A DNA stretch of 64,000 nucleotides from Octopus bimaculoides (GCF_001194135.2 NC_068984.1:98821258-98885257); one strand, 5' to 3'. Positions 1 through 13,975 are shown, counted from the first letter of the stretch. The notes: a model not told the origin generated them from the letters alone. Made by a program: numbers and translations.

Positions 1-941
1 CTTTTTTTCAACAATCATATATGCTTAGCAAGAGCTGAGAGATTGTCTCTCCTGGATATTAAAAGAGGTCTTGTGATTGTTAAATCTGACTCCGAAGGAA
101 CCTTTGGTTATGTCTTAAATATTTCTGTATCTCTGCTTACTGACTGGGATCCTTTGACATCACCTCCGCTTTATATACAACAGTTTCTGTGTTGTAGAAA
201 ATAGTAGTGGGTAGGCCATTACCTGAAATGGAAGCTATATGCTCATGCAATAGCAACACTGTGTGTCCACTTAATTGCCAATGCAACACAGAGACCATCG
301 CATACTATTAGCAAGAAATTTAGGAAAGACAGTATGTCACATCTTCACATACATACATAGACACATGCACATATATCTGTTACATATTAGATCAGCAATA
401 ATGTCGAGGCCCCACCTATGGCTCAACTGTATTTTGCTATTCTTTACTAAGGAGAGCATAGAGTTGAAAGCTTTGGCATTATTGTATTACAGGTTTTTTT
501 TTACATTAAGCCAAGTTAGCCAACCACAAAAGCAATATCATTAGGATTTCATCTAAATCAATGAGTACTGTATTGTTAGATGGTAGAATAATAGTTTTTC
601 ACATTAGCACAACCATCAGTTTTAGAGAGGGAGAGTAGCTAATAAATTTTATTGTCTTGTCTCATATATGACTGGTATATAATATTATTAGCCCAGATGG
701 CATTTGACCTGAGAATGTAGTGGGAGATGAACTAAATTCTGAAAGACATTCTTCCAGTATTTTCTGTATCCTGCCATTCTGAAATGTCAGAACAGTGTAA
801 TTTATAAATGCAAAGATGATTTCTGAACTATTTGATTGATCTTAAACTTAATGTCTCAACTAGTTTCCTTAATCTTTTCCAGCAAGACTCAATTCACTGA
901 GGACTTCCATCATCACAGTAATCATTGCTTTGTATATACAT

Positions 942-944
<3 letters not shown>

Positions 945-1028
<84 letters not shown>

Positions 1029-1040
1029 TGTGTGTGTGTG
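945..1040. repeat. (TG)n microsatellite; representative of dozens of (CA)n/(TA)n/(TACA)n/(CAT)n/(TAA)n tracts in the window
   Basis: Directly visible dinucleotide tract. Such tracts produce most of the CVCV/HTHT/IYIY ORFs in the track. Confidence 0.98.
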
Positions 1041-1319
1041 CTCAATTCAACTTAACTTGACGGTTCCTAAATGAAGCAATCAATCATGAATTATCTCACT
1101 TCTGGCCATAAAAATACAATGGTGAATCTGACTGAGTCAGCTGGATATGAATAGAATATGTATTGGATACGAATAATGTCTTAGCACAGTGTAGAAAATG
1201 ACAACAGTGTTCTTTAATACAACTCAAAGGTTCTATGCTTTAGTGGAGAAGATATTTGAGAATAAGAACATCAATTCTCTGATTATTGGTCTCAAATTTA
1301 GTGATGAATATCATCATCG

Positions 1320-1355
<36 letters not shown>

Positions 1356-1643
1356 CATTTCCATCATGTCATGGGCCAGATGAGAATATGATGAGGCGGA
1401 GTTTTCCACAGTCAGATGCCTGGTATCCTTCCTCATACCACCTGCCATCTGTTTCCAAACAAAGTAATAATTTCCCAGTTTATAGAGCAATAAACAACCT
1501 GGGTTTGGTTATGTGGAAAACTGGAAACAAACAAAACTCTTTGAATGAATCTTTCATTTACACATGTGAAACAACCCAAAATACAAGCTGACACAAGCAT
1601 ACACTTGCACACATGCAGATACATACATACATACATACATACA

Positions 1644-1675
<32 letters not shown>

Positions 1676-1781
1676 GATAGAGAGAGAGAGAGAGGGAGAA
1701 TTCACAAAAAAGACAAAAGACGAAGACAGGTAGTGTAGACAACAAACAGATGTATTAGTTTAATGCTCGGGAAGTGAAAAA

Positions 1782-1820
1782 GTCTTTAATGTTTCGAGCC
1801 TACACTCTTCCACAGAAAGG
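1782..1820 (-). ncRNA. Minimal type I hammerhead-like motif with a variant core (CUGUGGA) in a short interspersed repeat
   Basis: Minus strand reads ccttt-CTGTGGA-a-gagt-gtag-gctc-GAAA-ca-TT-aaag. Stem I is cttt/aaag and stem II is gagt/gctc. A6 is replaced by U relative to canonical CUGANGA. Confidence 0.35.
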
Positions 1821-1884
1821 AACACAAAAAGAAACAAGGAGAGAAAATAAAGAATGTGTAGTGGTTAACTTTTTAGACAAGATA

Positions 1885-2225
1885 ACAAAGGATTGATATG
1901 CCTGGCACCTTGCTGTACACAAGAAGACTTGTACTCCACAGCAGAAGTGTTAAGATTGTTTCCCTTGGGGAAGAGGTTTGTCCTGCAAGAGTCCTGTGCT
2001 GGTGCCATATAAAAAGCAATCATGTTGGTACTACATGAAAGCACTTGTGCTGATGCCATGTAAAAGCACCCAGCACACACACTGTAAAGTGGTTGGTGTT
2101 AGGAAGTGCATCCAGCTGTAAAAACTAAGCTTGGAGCTAGGTGCAGCTTTCCAGCTTACTAGCTCTGGTCAAAACGTCCAGCCAATACCAGCATGGACAA
2201 CAGACATTGAATAATAATGATGACC
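1885..2225 (+). mobile_element. RTE-clade LINE 3' UTR / tail fragment
   Basis: Reverse complement of the tail attached to RTE ORF2 at 4040-4250 and 44165-44350 (aaaagcacccagcacac...ggttggtgttaggaag...catccagctgtaaaaact...ccagcatgga), ending in (ATG)n. Confidence 0.7.
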
Positions 2226-2254
2226 ATATATATATACATTTTTTCTTCTTAATG

Positions 2255-2970
2255 TAGATGTACCAAAGAACGCCACACAACTGCAGAATTTCTTTTGAGA
2301 CAGCATCTCATATAGACATTTAGTGCTAAAATAAACAAAAATTTATCAGTAGTAGACAAACAGTGTCCAGTAGTGGAAGTTAAATTTCTGGGTCTAGATT
2401 TCTGGTTATTTGAGCAACATCAGCAGCAAGTATTGACTAAGCAACAACCAAAATAAGCTTTCAGTGATAGAGAGAAGCAGTGATTAAGAATATGCTCCAG
2501 TCACAAATCACCAACAATCTTGGAGAAAAGTTACGAGCAACTGAATCAGTATTAGTTCAAAATAACTTACTGTATATCCTAGTGAACGAATTTTGTAGTT
2601 GTGTGGCTTTCTAAAGTTTGTTCATATTAAGTAGGATATACAAAATACTATTTTGAACTGATACTGATTCTGTCACTAGTAAGTTTTTTATGAGCCTGCC
2701 TGCTATTTGTGATCCTAGTGTTTTGTTAATTACTGCTTTTCTGTATCAACAGCAGCTAAATTAATCTAAGCATGCAGTTACTAAGTGGATACTTGCTTCT
2801 AATGATGCTCACAGAGGTTAAAATCTAGATCCAGCAATTCCACCACTGCTACTGGACAGTTTTCATTTGCTATTGGTGTATTTCTGTGCTTTTTAGCACT
2901 ATACATCTAGATTAGAAGCTATCTTGAGATGAATTCTGCAGTTGTGTGGTTTTCCATAGTACATCTAAGT
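2255..2970. repeat. About 715-bp imperfect palindrome (fold-back), arms about 340 bp, loop about 2595-2612
   Basis: 2255-2594 aligns by eye with the reverse complement of 2613-2967, e.g. tgtccagtag/ctactggaca, gaatcagtattagttcaaaata/tattttgaactgatactgattc, tgtatatcct/aggatataca. Confidence 0.8.
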
Positions 2971-3053
2971 CAAGTAGGATATGTTGAATACTATCTTGAC
3001 TAATACTGCTTTTGTTGTTAGTAACACACACACACACGCACACACACACACGC

Positions 3054-3090
<37 letters not shown>

Positions 3091-4039
3091 CACACACACA
3101 TACGCACACTTATGACAAGCTTGTATACAGTTTCCATCCAATTGCATTGTATTGGCTAACCCAAGATTATAGTAGAAAACAATTGCCAAATGTGTTGCAC
3201 AGTAGAATCAAATCTTGAGTACAGGGTTGTGAAGCAAACGTCTTAACCACAAAATCATCTCTGTAATAATGGAAAGAATGGTTACAGTACCCTCTCTCTC
3301 TCATTGTCTTCATCTCCATACCCAATTGATCATCTGATACTTTATCAATGTAGTTATCCATACTACTTTTGGCAACAACAATCCTTGAAATAGCACTTCT
3401 TATTTCTAAATGTCTTTTCTTGTTTTTTCTCCCTATGCTGAGACAGCAAAAAATATCTTTAAATATCTGATCAGATTTCAGTTATTCATGATAAAACATG
3501 AAGAACATCTTCAAAAAAAAAATAAGAAAGCAAATATTGTAAAGATGAAAGTAACGAGATATTGTGAGAAAGAACATCAGGAAGAAGTTGAATATTGGCA
3601 AGGAATAAAGTCTTGCAGTAAAAAATACACATAAAAAAAGGCAAGATTTGTTACTATGCAGACAGCCATTTGTGACTGCTATTTTACATTATGTCATAAT
3701 TAGAAAAAGGATGTCACTTTAATGTATTTCATATATATTGGATCAACTTTAATTGAATCATCTCACACACTTTTATGCAATGGCAGCTGTCTGACAAGAT
3801 TATTACAGATTCCTCTTCTTACCTACTTACTGGTTTCAATCACTGGGCTGTGGCCATGCTGGAGCACTGCCTACAACTGTTTTAGTTTATCATATCGACC
3901 CAGTACTTTGTCTGGTGATTATTTTATCAAACTTGTTACAATCCAAAAGCACATAGACATATATTTATCTGTCTGGCTTTCTCTTTACCTATCTACTTAG
4001 TTATCTTTATATCTACTTTCATTCTTCTCTATATCATCA

Positions 4040-5110
4040 TCATCGTCGTCATCGTTTAACGTCCGCTTTCCATGCTGGCATGGGTTGGACGGTTTGACTG
4101 AGGGCTGGCACGCTAGAAGTTTGCACCAGGCTCCAATCTGATCTGGCAAAGTTTCTACAGCTGGATGACCTTCCTAATGCCAACCACTCTGAGAATGTAG
4201 TGGGTGCTTTTGCATGCCACCAGCACAGGAGCCAGTCAGGAGACGCTGGCAACGATCATGCTCAAATGGTGCTTTTTACATGCTACTGGCATGGGAGCCA
4301 GTCAGCAGCCCTGGCAGCGACTACAATCGCAGCCCATGTTTCACTGCCATGTAGCATGGCTGTTTGCACACACATGTCATACAGTCTACCTTTTACTCTG
4401 AGTGAGAGGTCCTTTGTCACCAGCAGAGGTAGGAGCTCTCTGAACTTTGCCCAGGCTATTCTTATACTAGCAGCTATACTTTCAGAGCATCCACCCCCAC
4501 TACTGACTTGGTCACCTAGGTAACAGAAGCTATCAACTACTTGAAGTTTTTTCCCCTGGAATGTGATGGAAACAGTTCTCTGCACATTTTCAGTGATTAT
4601 GGCTCCTGAGCATTTGCCACACACAAAAAACTATCTTCCCAGTTAGCCTTCCTTTGATATTGCTGCACCTCTTATGTGTCCATAGCTTGCACTGGGTACA
4701 TCTTATGGAGTTTCTACCTACACCTTTTCAGCAGATTGAGCAGGACCATCTACCTGAAGGGATTTGTGGTTTGTCAGTCTTACTACTTATTAAGACTTTG
4801 GTTTTTGCTAGATTGACTCTAAGGCCCTTCGATTCTAATCCTTGCTTCAACACCTGAAACTTCTCCTCTAGTTCTGATAGTGACTTATCTATTAGAGCAA
4901 GGTCATCAGCATAGAGAAGCTCCCAAGGGCATTCTGTCTTGAATTCCTCTGTTATTGCCTGGAAGACTATGATGAATAAGAGGGGGCTGAAGACTGATCC
5001 TTGGTGGACCCCTACCCCTATCTAGAATTCTTCACTGCACTTGTTGCCAACCCTCACCTTACTGACAGCATCTCTGTACATGGCTTGTACAGCTCTCACT
5101 AACCATTCAT
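4040..5110 (-). mobile_element. 5'-truncated RTE-clade LINE (ORF2 RT C-terminus plus 3' UTR), decayed
   Basis: Minus-strand translation includes GVHQGSVFSPLLFIIVFQAITEEFKTECPWELLYADDLALI (YADD catalytic motif) and FCYLGDQVSSGGGCSESIAASIRIAWAKFRELLPLL. The tail ends in (GAT)n. Confidence 0.9.
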
Positions 5111-5699
5111 CTATATATGTAAGTTTTATACATACCCAAAAACACAAAAAAGCACAAACACCTTGATTATCAAAGAACGTTCCACTTTTATACTTCACTA
5201 TCAGAAACTTTACAAAAGGAAGGTAAAATAGTTTTTATGCCGATGCAATCTTTTAATTATTTAAAGATATAAAGATATGTATTGTTTAAAATACACTAAA
5301 TCTTCTGCATATATAAAGAAACTCTTTCTAATTTAATAAAAGAATTGTACATACATTCTTTAGTTTATACAGTATGTAAAATACATGAAGCAATAAAATA
5401 TAATCATAGCACTATTAATTCAGTTAGATTTTATTTTTACAAAAAAGAAAACAGAATGAAAGCATGGAAGATTGACTGCTTCACTTTCTCCTGTAAACTT
5501 TTAATTCTTTCACATTACAGGTTCAGTGTTAACATTACAGATCTTTGAACACTTCATACTTCTTCCAAAATTTGGTTTAATTTCTAGAAATCATTCAAAA
5601 GAACAAGTTATTAAATAATTTCTAAAATTTTTAGATTAAATTTTTGTGGTTAAAACCTCCTGTGTTGAATTTTTTTTTTTTTTTGTTATCTGTTCTATA

Positions 5700-6650
5700 C
5701 ACTTGTGGTTCTGTTAATCCTTAAGGTTTACATAGGTTAGGCCTTATTATTATCATACAATAAACCCTGAATATTACATGTAGCGAATTCTTGAAATCCC
5801 ATTCCTTTTGCCATTTGTAGAAGGTAACTCTTTATGGAAACTGTTTCATCCACTATCATATGGTCTTCCTTAATTGGGAAAAACCAGTGAGTCATTGCAT
5901 GGTGTAATTTTTCCAGAATTATTTGACAGATTAATGTTTATCATCAATCACTATAAACAGCTGATTTAAAGTTTTTCTTATAGACCTTGAAAACAGATCT
6001 AACTTCCTATAGTAGTAAAGCTGTGTTTGATATGCACATTTAAACTGAAACAAGATCTGAAGTTTGACAGATGTGATGACCCAAAGTGAAACTACCCTTG
6101 GGCTCAAAATTATTCTTTTCATCATAATGTTTGACAGCAGGTACAGATATTTAACAAATAACTCAGTAAACAAGTGTAATCTAAGCTTTTTTGTTAGGTT
6201 TTCATTTAATCCTTTGAAGATGGAGCCTCATTTGGAGTTTCAGGACCAAGGAGACAGAACCCTTTTCACAAGCCCTACAGAGGGCATGCACTTATTATTC
6301 AAAAGAAATTATACAAAATAAAGTAATTACTTTGCATATATAAAACTATACATATTCTTGTAGGAAACTGAATGAACTAATACAATCTTCTTTGTCATTC
6401 AACTTTTTGCCCGATTGATTGGCCCTGTTGTCTCCTAAGGGTTATATTTCAAGACATATTGCACATGGAGCATAAAAATAATAATCAAATAATAGCTAAA
6501 GTTTCCTCTTTCCTTTCAATTGCACTAGAAATTCTGATGCATCCAAGATATCATCACTTCCTCTTTTACTCAAATGTTATGGGTATTAAATCTTTCAAAC
6601 CATTCATGAGACGTAACAAACATCTGAGTGATTTTCCTAGCTTTATTTTT
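5700..6650 (-). mobile_element. Possible highly decayed L1/Tx1-like ORF2 remnant
   Basis: Weak motifs only: FYAP (endonuclease-like, about 6470) and IVDETVSIKSYLLQMAKGMGFQEFATCNIQGLLYDNNKA (5750-5870), which resembles the region after AFDRV in L1 RTs. Confidence 0.3.
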
Positions 6651-7431
6651 CAATTTGTTAAAATTATATAATGCTTTTGTTGGATAATGGTTTGACAGGG
6701 TGGCAAGTGATACTATGACATACCATCCATCCATCCAAAAATTTTAACAGCTTCTGTCAAACCATCTAACCTATGCTAACATAGAAAATAAATGCTAAAT
6801 AGTGGTGGTCATGATGATGATGATGAAGGCATGCTGCATCACACACGTTCAATTTTTGTGACTCTGAATAATGAGTAATACATTATTACAAGCTACTATA
6901 GCTTTCTTAAGCTATGCATAGAAATAATAGGAACAAGAACGTGTTGGTGTAGTGCTTATTAGGTTTCAATCAGCTACACTAATAAAGGCAAATACAATCA
7001 GCCATTTAAATCCCTAGACTCCTTTCTCACTTAACCAGAAGTCCCTTCTCTGTGGACCAGCTCACTAGCTAACCCACAGTGAAGTCTCTGTCTACAGCTC
7101 ATCTGTTACAAGTTTATGGCCAGTGCCCTACACTACCACTGTCTAACAATTGCATGACAAGTTCCTATTATAAGTCCTCTCTATCTATTGGTGATAACCT
7201 GGTAAAACACTTCCTGATATCTCTGGTGTAGCATTCATGCATCCTCAGAATGACATCTAAGGGCAGCATAGGCCTACTATATTATCGCTCCACCTCTTAA
7301 GGCTTTCTATTATCCATCTATCTAAGAATTAAATTGTTCTATGAAAGTAATGAAAGGTGCAATGACAACAAAACTTCCATTACAATCTTATTGGAGCCAC
7401 AAAACCCAGAGCATCTTATATGTACTAGATC

Positions 7432-7479
<48 letters not shown>

Positions 7480-8131
7480 AGTGTGTGTGAGTGTGTGAGT
7501 GTGTGTGCATACACACATATATATGTATATATATGCATGTGCGAGCACGTGTGTGTGCATGTATGTTATACATTTCAATTAAAGACAGAGAGAGATGAGT
7601 GGATAGGTGAGCAGTTAAATAGAAAGAGAGACAGGCAAACAGACAAGAGAGGAAGGAAAAGTGTGATAAGTAAGATTTATGATACAAGGCAGGGAGGTAG
7701 TTGCATGGGGTCATGACATAATAGAATAGAGATCAATTCCAGATGACTATTCTATTATGTTAAGGTGAAGTGGGGGTAACCAGAACAAAAGTTCCATAAA
7801 ATTGTCTACAGTTTCAAAATAATTATCTCGTAAATATTGGTAATTTTGTCTGTAGTTGTTACTGTTGTTGTTATATTTGCTACAGTAAATATTGCTTAGC
7901 TCGTTAATGCAAAGAGAATTAATATGGAGCAGATTAGAAATAATTAGAAGCAATAATATAAAGACATTTATATATCTTTAGCAAGATTGATAATGTTCTT
8001 CTTTGATTAATATTTAATCTTTATTTGGTTTTATGGCTTTAGTTCCATTATTTTTCTGTGATTGCTTGGAAATATATTATTTAATATATTATTAATAATA
8101 AGCTACATCAGTCTTTGGAATCTCTCTTCAC

Positions 8132-8174
<43 letters not shown>

Positions 8175-8240
8175 ACACACACACACATTGTCAGTGAAAC
8201 TTAGAAGTAACTGTCAAGTCTATTTAATTATGTCTATATA

Positions 8241-8495
8241 TGAGGGTTGGCTGAAAAGTTCATAGTCTGACCAAGATACTCTCATGGAATGTGACCAAAT
8301 GATGTTTATTTTTCAACATAATCTCCCTTGTGATTCACACACTTCTTCCATCGGTGTTGCAGTGCTTGGATCCTTTTGATGAAAAAGCTTTCACTCTGTT
8401 GGCCACAAAATCATCAGCAGCAATTATGACATCATCGTCACTGATGTGTTTGCATGTTGGAAATAAGATGATAGCCAGATGGGGTCTTGTTTGTT
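8241..8495 (-). mobile_element. mariner 3' fragment with one TIR
   Basis: TA-TGAGGGTTGGCTGAAAAGTT end. ORF 8335-8541 (LFPTCKHISDDDVIIAADDF...KGSKHCNTDGRSV) resembles a mariner transposase C-terminus. Confidence 0.7.
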
Positions 8496-10004
8496 GTACC
8501 CTCACCTCACCTGTCTCTGCTTTTTGCTTTTTGTTTTTCATACAATTTTGAACTGATTTATATATATATATAATCTTTTATCTTTTACTTGTTTTAATCA
8601 CTGGACTACAGTCAAACTGATGCACTGCTTTGAAGGGTTTAGTTGAACAAATCTACCCTTGTACATTACTTACATTACTTACGTTTGTTCTTTTAAGTAT
8701 GGCATGCAGTGACAGGATGCCTCCAACTGATAATTTCCAGAAGAATGAAATCATGTGATAGGGACATTCTGGTGCCCATGACAGATAATTATCATTTGCT
8801 ACGATCTGTGTGTGCTTTTATGTACCAAGTGCCTATATGAGAGGATCTCTCAAGGCTAATAAGGCAGTATTAGCAAGATATCCATGTTAAGTTGGGTAAA
8901 CACACACACACACTCGCACACACATGCGTGCACACACACACAACACACACACACACACATGACACACTTCTTTCAGCTTCTGTCAACCAAATTCACTCAC
9001 AAAGTTTTGGTAAGTCTGAAGTTACAATAGAAGATAGCTGCCTAAGGTTCTATACTGTGGGACTGAACAAGAAATAACATGATTATGAAGTGAACTTCTT
9101 AATCACACAGCCATGCTTGTACCTACATATATATATATCTATAAATATATATGCTTGACATATGTTAGTAAAGTACACTAACTTCCAACACCACACCGAC
9201 ATATATAACTAATTTCCAATTTAAATACCTCCTTTATAAACTCTAATATATTCATGACATCCTCAGCTGTCTAATCAGGTATCATCGTGGTCTCAATACC
9301 TGATACAATACCATTCCATTTTATGGTGTTACCTGTCTAAAAATAGTTTCAACACTGCTTGAAAATGCACAAACAGAACTGTTACATGAAACAAAATGAA
9401 AATATTAAAAATTAGAAAGAATATAAAAGATAAATATGAAACATGTATTAAAGAAAGATATAAAACATGTAAGATATATAAATCCATATATATCTGGATG
9501 AAAATCTCAGAACTCACCCAGAAACTACTGAGCCCCAGAACACTATAGCACATTAGCCATGCATAGAAAATATGGTTGTAGCAAAAATGCAGGTAACAAA
9601 AAGGGAGGAAGACACAGCCTACAAGCTGAAGTGATGAATGCAAGAGAGAAAAAGACAGTACATAAGAACCAAAGACAATGAGGGTAAAAAAAGAGTGATA
9701 GAAGGCAGTAGAATCCTCGTCAATAATAAGATATCATATCTACAGCGTGGGGAAGTCATCAAAGCATAGAGAAATAGATTAACTATAAGGGAAATATAAA
9801 ACTGTCAATTAACTCCAGCATCTCCTAGTGTACCTTAAACTGTATTGAAGTATGCTAAATAATGTCATAAATAATCTATAATATGTGATAACTCAGCTAC
9901 ATATTCTTATTATATACAGTACCAGACCAATTATTTGGCAAGTTTGGAACCAAAAATGGCCCAAATTTCTGGATCTTTTGGTTTTCTGAGCCAGTCCAAA
10001 TATA

Positions 10005-10863
10005 CAGGGTGCGATGGGTAAATTGTTGCCGTTTTCTAATTTTAATTTTGCGTATGCACATTGTTTGTTTTTGATTTTGTTGACAACACAGTATAGTAGA
10101 ATCAGTTAGGCACTGTCTGTGAGAAAAATAACACCATGATGTATTTCACTTTGCTAGAAATTTGGAAACGACATGCTGTACTGCTTGACATTTATGCCGG
10201 AAGCTCCAATACAAACATGTACCAATATGAACATGTACTGAGAGAGATGAAAATCAAACATCCAGTCAACATCATGATGTTGGAAGTGATCACTAGTGAT
10301 GGCAACATTGTGCTTCCATTCATCTTCCCACATAGCCTCACACTCAACATGGAGGCCTACATCAAGTGCCTGGAGAAAGTAGTGCTGCCCTGAGTCAAGA
10401 GTGTGGCTGCTGGAAGACCCTATGTCTGGCAACAGGACTCTGCACCATGCCACACAAGCAGAAGAACCCAGTCAATGACTGTCAGACAATTTCTGTAACC
10501 ATATCACTCCTAATATCTGGCCAGCTAGCTCCCCAGACTGCAACCCCCTTGATTATTATGTGTGGGGTGCAGTTGAGTGGGAGACCAACAAAACTCTTTG
10601 TAACACCAAAGATGAAGTGAAGGCAAGGATTATGGCAGCATTTACCAACTTAAACAAGGAGACCATCCAGAAGAGTTGCAGGAGATTCTGAAGTCGTTTA
10701 GAAACTGCAGTTAAAGCCAAAGGCGATTTTATTGAATAAATTTACTCTTTAGTATTTCAAGATATTTTTTATTTAATTTTGGTAAATATATCTGATAAAA
10801 TGAGATGCCAGTGTTATTTTCATTTTTGCATAATTTAGATGACAGTTTATTCACCACAGCCTG
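10005..10863 (+). mobile_element. maT-type (DD37D) Tc1/mariner element, internally deleted and frameshifted
   Basis: TA-CAGGGTG start. After correcting one frameshift: QQDSAPCHTSRRTQS..SDNFCNHITPNIWPASSPDCNPLDYYVWGAVE, with 37 residues counted between the two Asp. Degenerate right TIR ends ...cacagcctg. Confidence 0.85.
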
Positions 10864-11816
10864 CATGCTTAAGATATATAAAATAAAATTTGAAAAGTAA
10901 AAGCTAAATTGTATTTAACAGATTTAAAATAATACACTTCTAATGCAGAATTTGTTTGATAATTATTAATTCATTTAAATTCTTAAAACATATCATACTA
11001 TTCCAGGTTTATTGTATAATGATGAAATATAAAAAAACATAATGTTATTCAGCAGATACAGGTACAAATTAATATACTTCTAAGTATGTTTAATTTTTAT
11101 AAATCCACTTCAAAAAGTAAAGAAAAAATTATTTTTTGTATGCCATATGCAAATTAACCAATTTCAAAAACAGTATCTAGTTACTTGATACAGGGTACAA
11201 TGTATTGCATGGTATTACACAGTATTTCCAAATTTCTGGAAACCAAATAGGAGGTCCTGTATTGTGTTTTAGCTTCATGCAATATTTTGCAAGTTTGAAA
11301 TAACATCAAATTTCTTCAAATTATCTTTGTGCATACATAGGTTACAACTAAAGTGTTTTTTTTTATTTATAATTTTCCACTGTATGCTTAAGGATTCTCT
11401 CTATCAGAGTGTTCATGTTATAAACAAATCAAATCAATTAATTATTCCACCCTTATTATTTGAGAAAAAAAAATAGCTGTCACCCAAATTTCCTAAAATG
11501 CAAATTGGATGCAAAGGGTATTACTACCAACTTAAAATTAAAATCATTAGTTTTATTGTAAACATCAGTTATTAACAACCTATTGCTATTCTCTACATTA
11601 ATGTATATATATAATACAGCTTTTTTACATCTGAGCTACTTTTGTTAGCTTCAAATCTTCAAATGTCTAAGAAAACTTAACAAAGTAATATTTATGTGTA
11701 TACAGATAAACATGAATATTTATTGATTGTGAGTGTGTGTGTGTGTGTATAATGCACACACACACACACACACACGCACACACACACACACACATATGCA
11801 TACATACATATATATA

Positions 11817-12700
11817 CAGGGTGTTTGCACTAAATTTGATAATTTGCATAAAAGTGAAAGGAAACACAATATCCCATTCAAAAATAAAGGTATCTTAAAA
11901 ACTCAAAAAATATCAACTAGATTATGGCTGAGAGAGAACAGTCTACTCAAAGTAGATGCCCTTAGCTTCCACCATGGCCTCAACACAGCTCCAGAACCTG
12001 GTGCATGCATTTCTTACTTGTTCCTGGGAAGTTCTTTGAACACCTCCTTGATTTTGGTCACCAACTCAGTCTTGATGTTGCAGGCAGAGTGGTTTTCTTA
12101 GCTGCACCCCTATACCTAGTAATCCATAGGATTACAATCGAAAGAATGAGGAGGCCAGAAATTGGGGCTGGTGAACATTGTAGAAGTTTTCTGATGACCA
12201 CTTCTGACTCTTTCCAGAGGTTTGGCATAAAGCCAAATCTAGCTGCCACATATGTAGCCTTCCAATAACAACCCTCTCCAGCCAGGAATTTAATCATAGT
12301 CTCCAGCAGTTTTACATAGTCATTTCAATTGTGACTAAGGCCTTGTTCATCAGTTGTTGGATGAATTCCAATTTGCAGTTGCACTCAGAATGCCTGCTGT
12401 GTCCCTTCCTGCTGGTCACAACTTCGTAGTCTCCTTTACAGCTGTCCATGGCACATCTTACATCCTTTACAGTTGTCACAATGCATTGAGCGGCAGTCAT
12501 GACGTCAACATTTTGATACCTGGCACAAATCATCATGATAAAGGCAACCCTTTTCCAGTATTCAGATGGCTTCAAGTCCTCCATGTCAGCTAAGTTTATT
12601 GCAACTACAACTTTAAATCTTTATGCTCTCCAACATCGTTGACTGTTCACCAATACTTCAAACTGTTCCTGAAAAAAGAGACATAAAAAAGCCATCACAT
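11817..12700 (-). mobile_element. Second maT/rosa-like Tc1/mariner relic, internally deleted
   Basis: TA-CAGGGTG terminus at 11817. Minus strand shows FWPPHSFDCNPMDY and an N-terminus MEDLKPSEYWKRVAFIMMICARYQNVDVMTAAQC. The second TIR is not recognisable. Confidence 0.7.
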
Positions 12701-12787
12701 TTAATCTAAGCATGATGTATGTATATATGCATAAATTATCATCATCTTCATTTTAACTTCCACTTTTCCATGCTTGTATGAGTTGGA

Positions 12788-13811
12788 TGTATGTATATAG
12801 AGAGAGACAGATAATGATGCAAATAAATAAATAAACAGGTTTTTATATATATTACATACAAAATTAAGAGAAATGACCACCAAAGTGGACCCCTAATATG
12901 CTAAAGATAGATGTAAAATCGCCTTACCACGAAGAGTGTGTTCTTAAGAAATATTTCGGCAAAACGCCAGAATGTAAAATGAGCAAGACAAATGAAAATA
13001 TACGAAATAAAAACCATGTGGTTGAGAAACAAGCTTCTTACCACACAACTATGCTTGCTGCTATATATACAAACAATGTGCTTATTTCAGTTTTCCCCTC
13101 CCAAATGTACTTACATCTAATCAATCTCTCCACCTTAAAGACAGAGTCTGAATTTGCAGTAATGCTTATATGCATACACTACTGGTTGTATATCGTTGAC
13201 TTTTTGCACTCTCCATCTGCCAACTTTACAGCTATTTTATATTTCTGAACCCCCAAAAAACAGCTGTTGGACCTGAAATACCATGCCCTCTCTCCTTAGT
13301 TTTCCATATCTTTTCTATTCCATGTAAATCTCTTCTGCAAATATATGAATATATACCTATATGCTTATACATGAATGTTCATCTGAATATTTTCAGTTTC
13401 TGTTTCCCTCTGTATATATCCCTTTATATATTTATATATATTAATTCTGGCCTCAGCACACCAAAATGAAGACATTTGAAAAATACTCCCAACTATAATT
13501 TGCAGAACTTTATACATGCTCTCTTTTGGGTGAGCGTTCTGTGCCTAGTTCTGAAAATTGTGTTTTGTAAATGACAGACTATGCTGATGAGCTTGCAGAT
13601 ACTTACATTCATAAATATTAACAAGCGAAACCATTGGTATGTAGGTAATCGTTTTTTATTTCGTATATTTTCATTTGTCTTGCTCATTTTACATTCTGGC
13701 ATTTTGCTGAAATTTTTCTTGAGAACACACTCTTTGTGGTAAGGCAACTTGACATCTATCTTTAGCATATTAGGGGTCCACTTTGGTGGCCATTCCTCTT
13801 AATTTTGTATG

Positions 13812-13849
<38 letters not shown>

Positions 13850-13911
13850 GTATATTCAAAACCTGTTTATTTATTTATTTGCATCATTATCTGTCTCTCT
13901 CTATATACATA
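12788..13911. mobile_element. Non-autonomous element with long (about 225-260 bp) terminal inverted repeats
   Basis: 12788-13013 is the reverse complement of 13651-13911 (the mirrored ORFs MLKIDVK..KMSKTNENIRNK show this). The interior is non-coding. A related fragment lies at about 37985-38125. Confidence 0.8.
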
Positions 13912-13930
13912 CACACACACACACACACGT

Positions 13931-13975
<45 letters not shown>

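Noticed and set aside
9300-9800. Possible decayed N-terminal region of a Dong-like LINE
   Set aside because: Purine-rich coding-like texture but no diagnostic motif.
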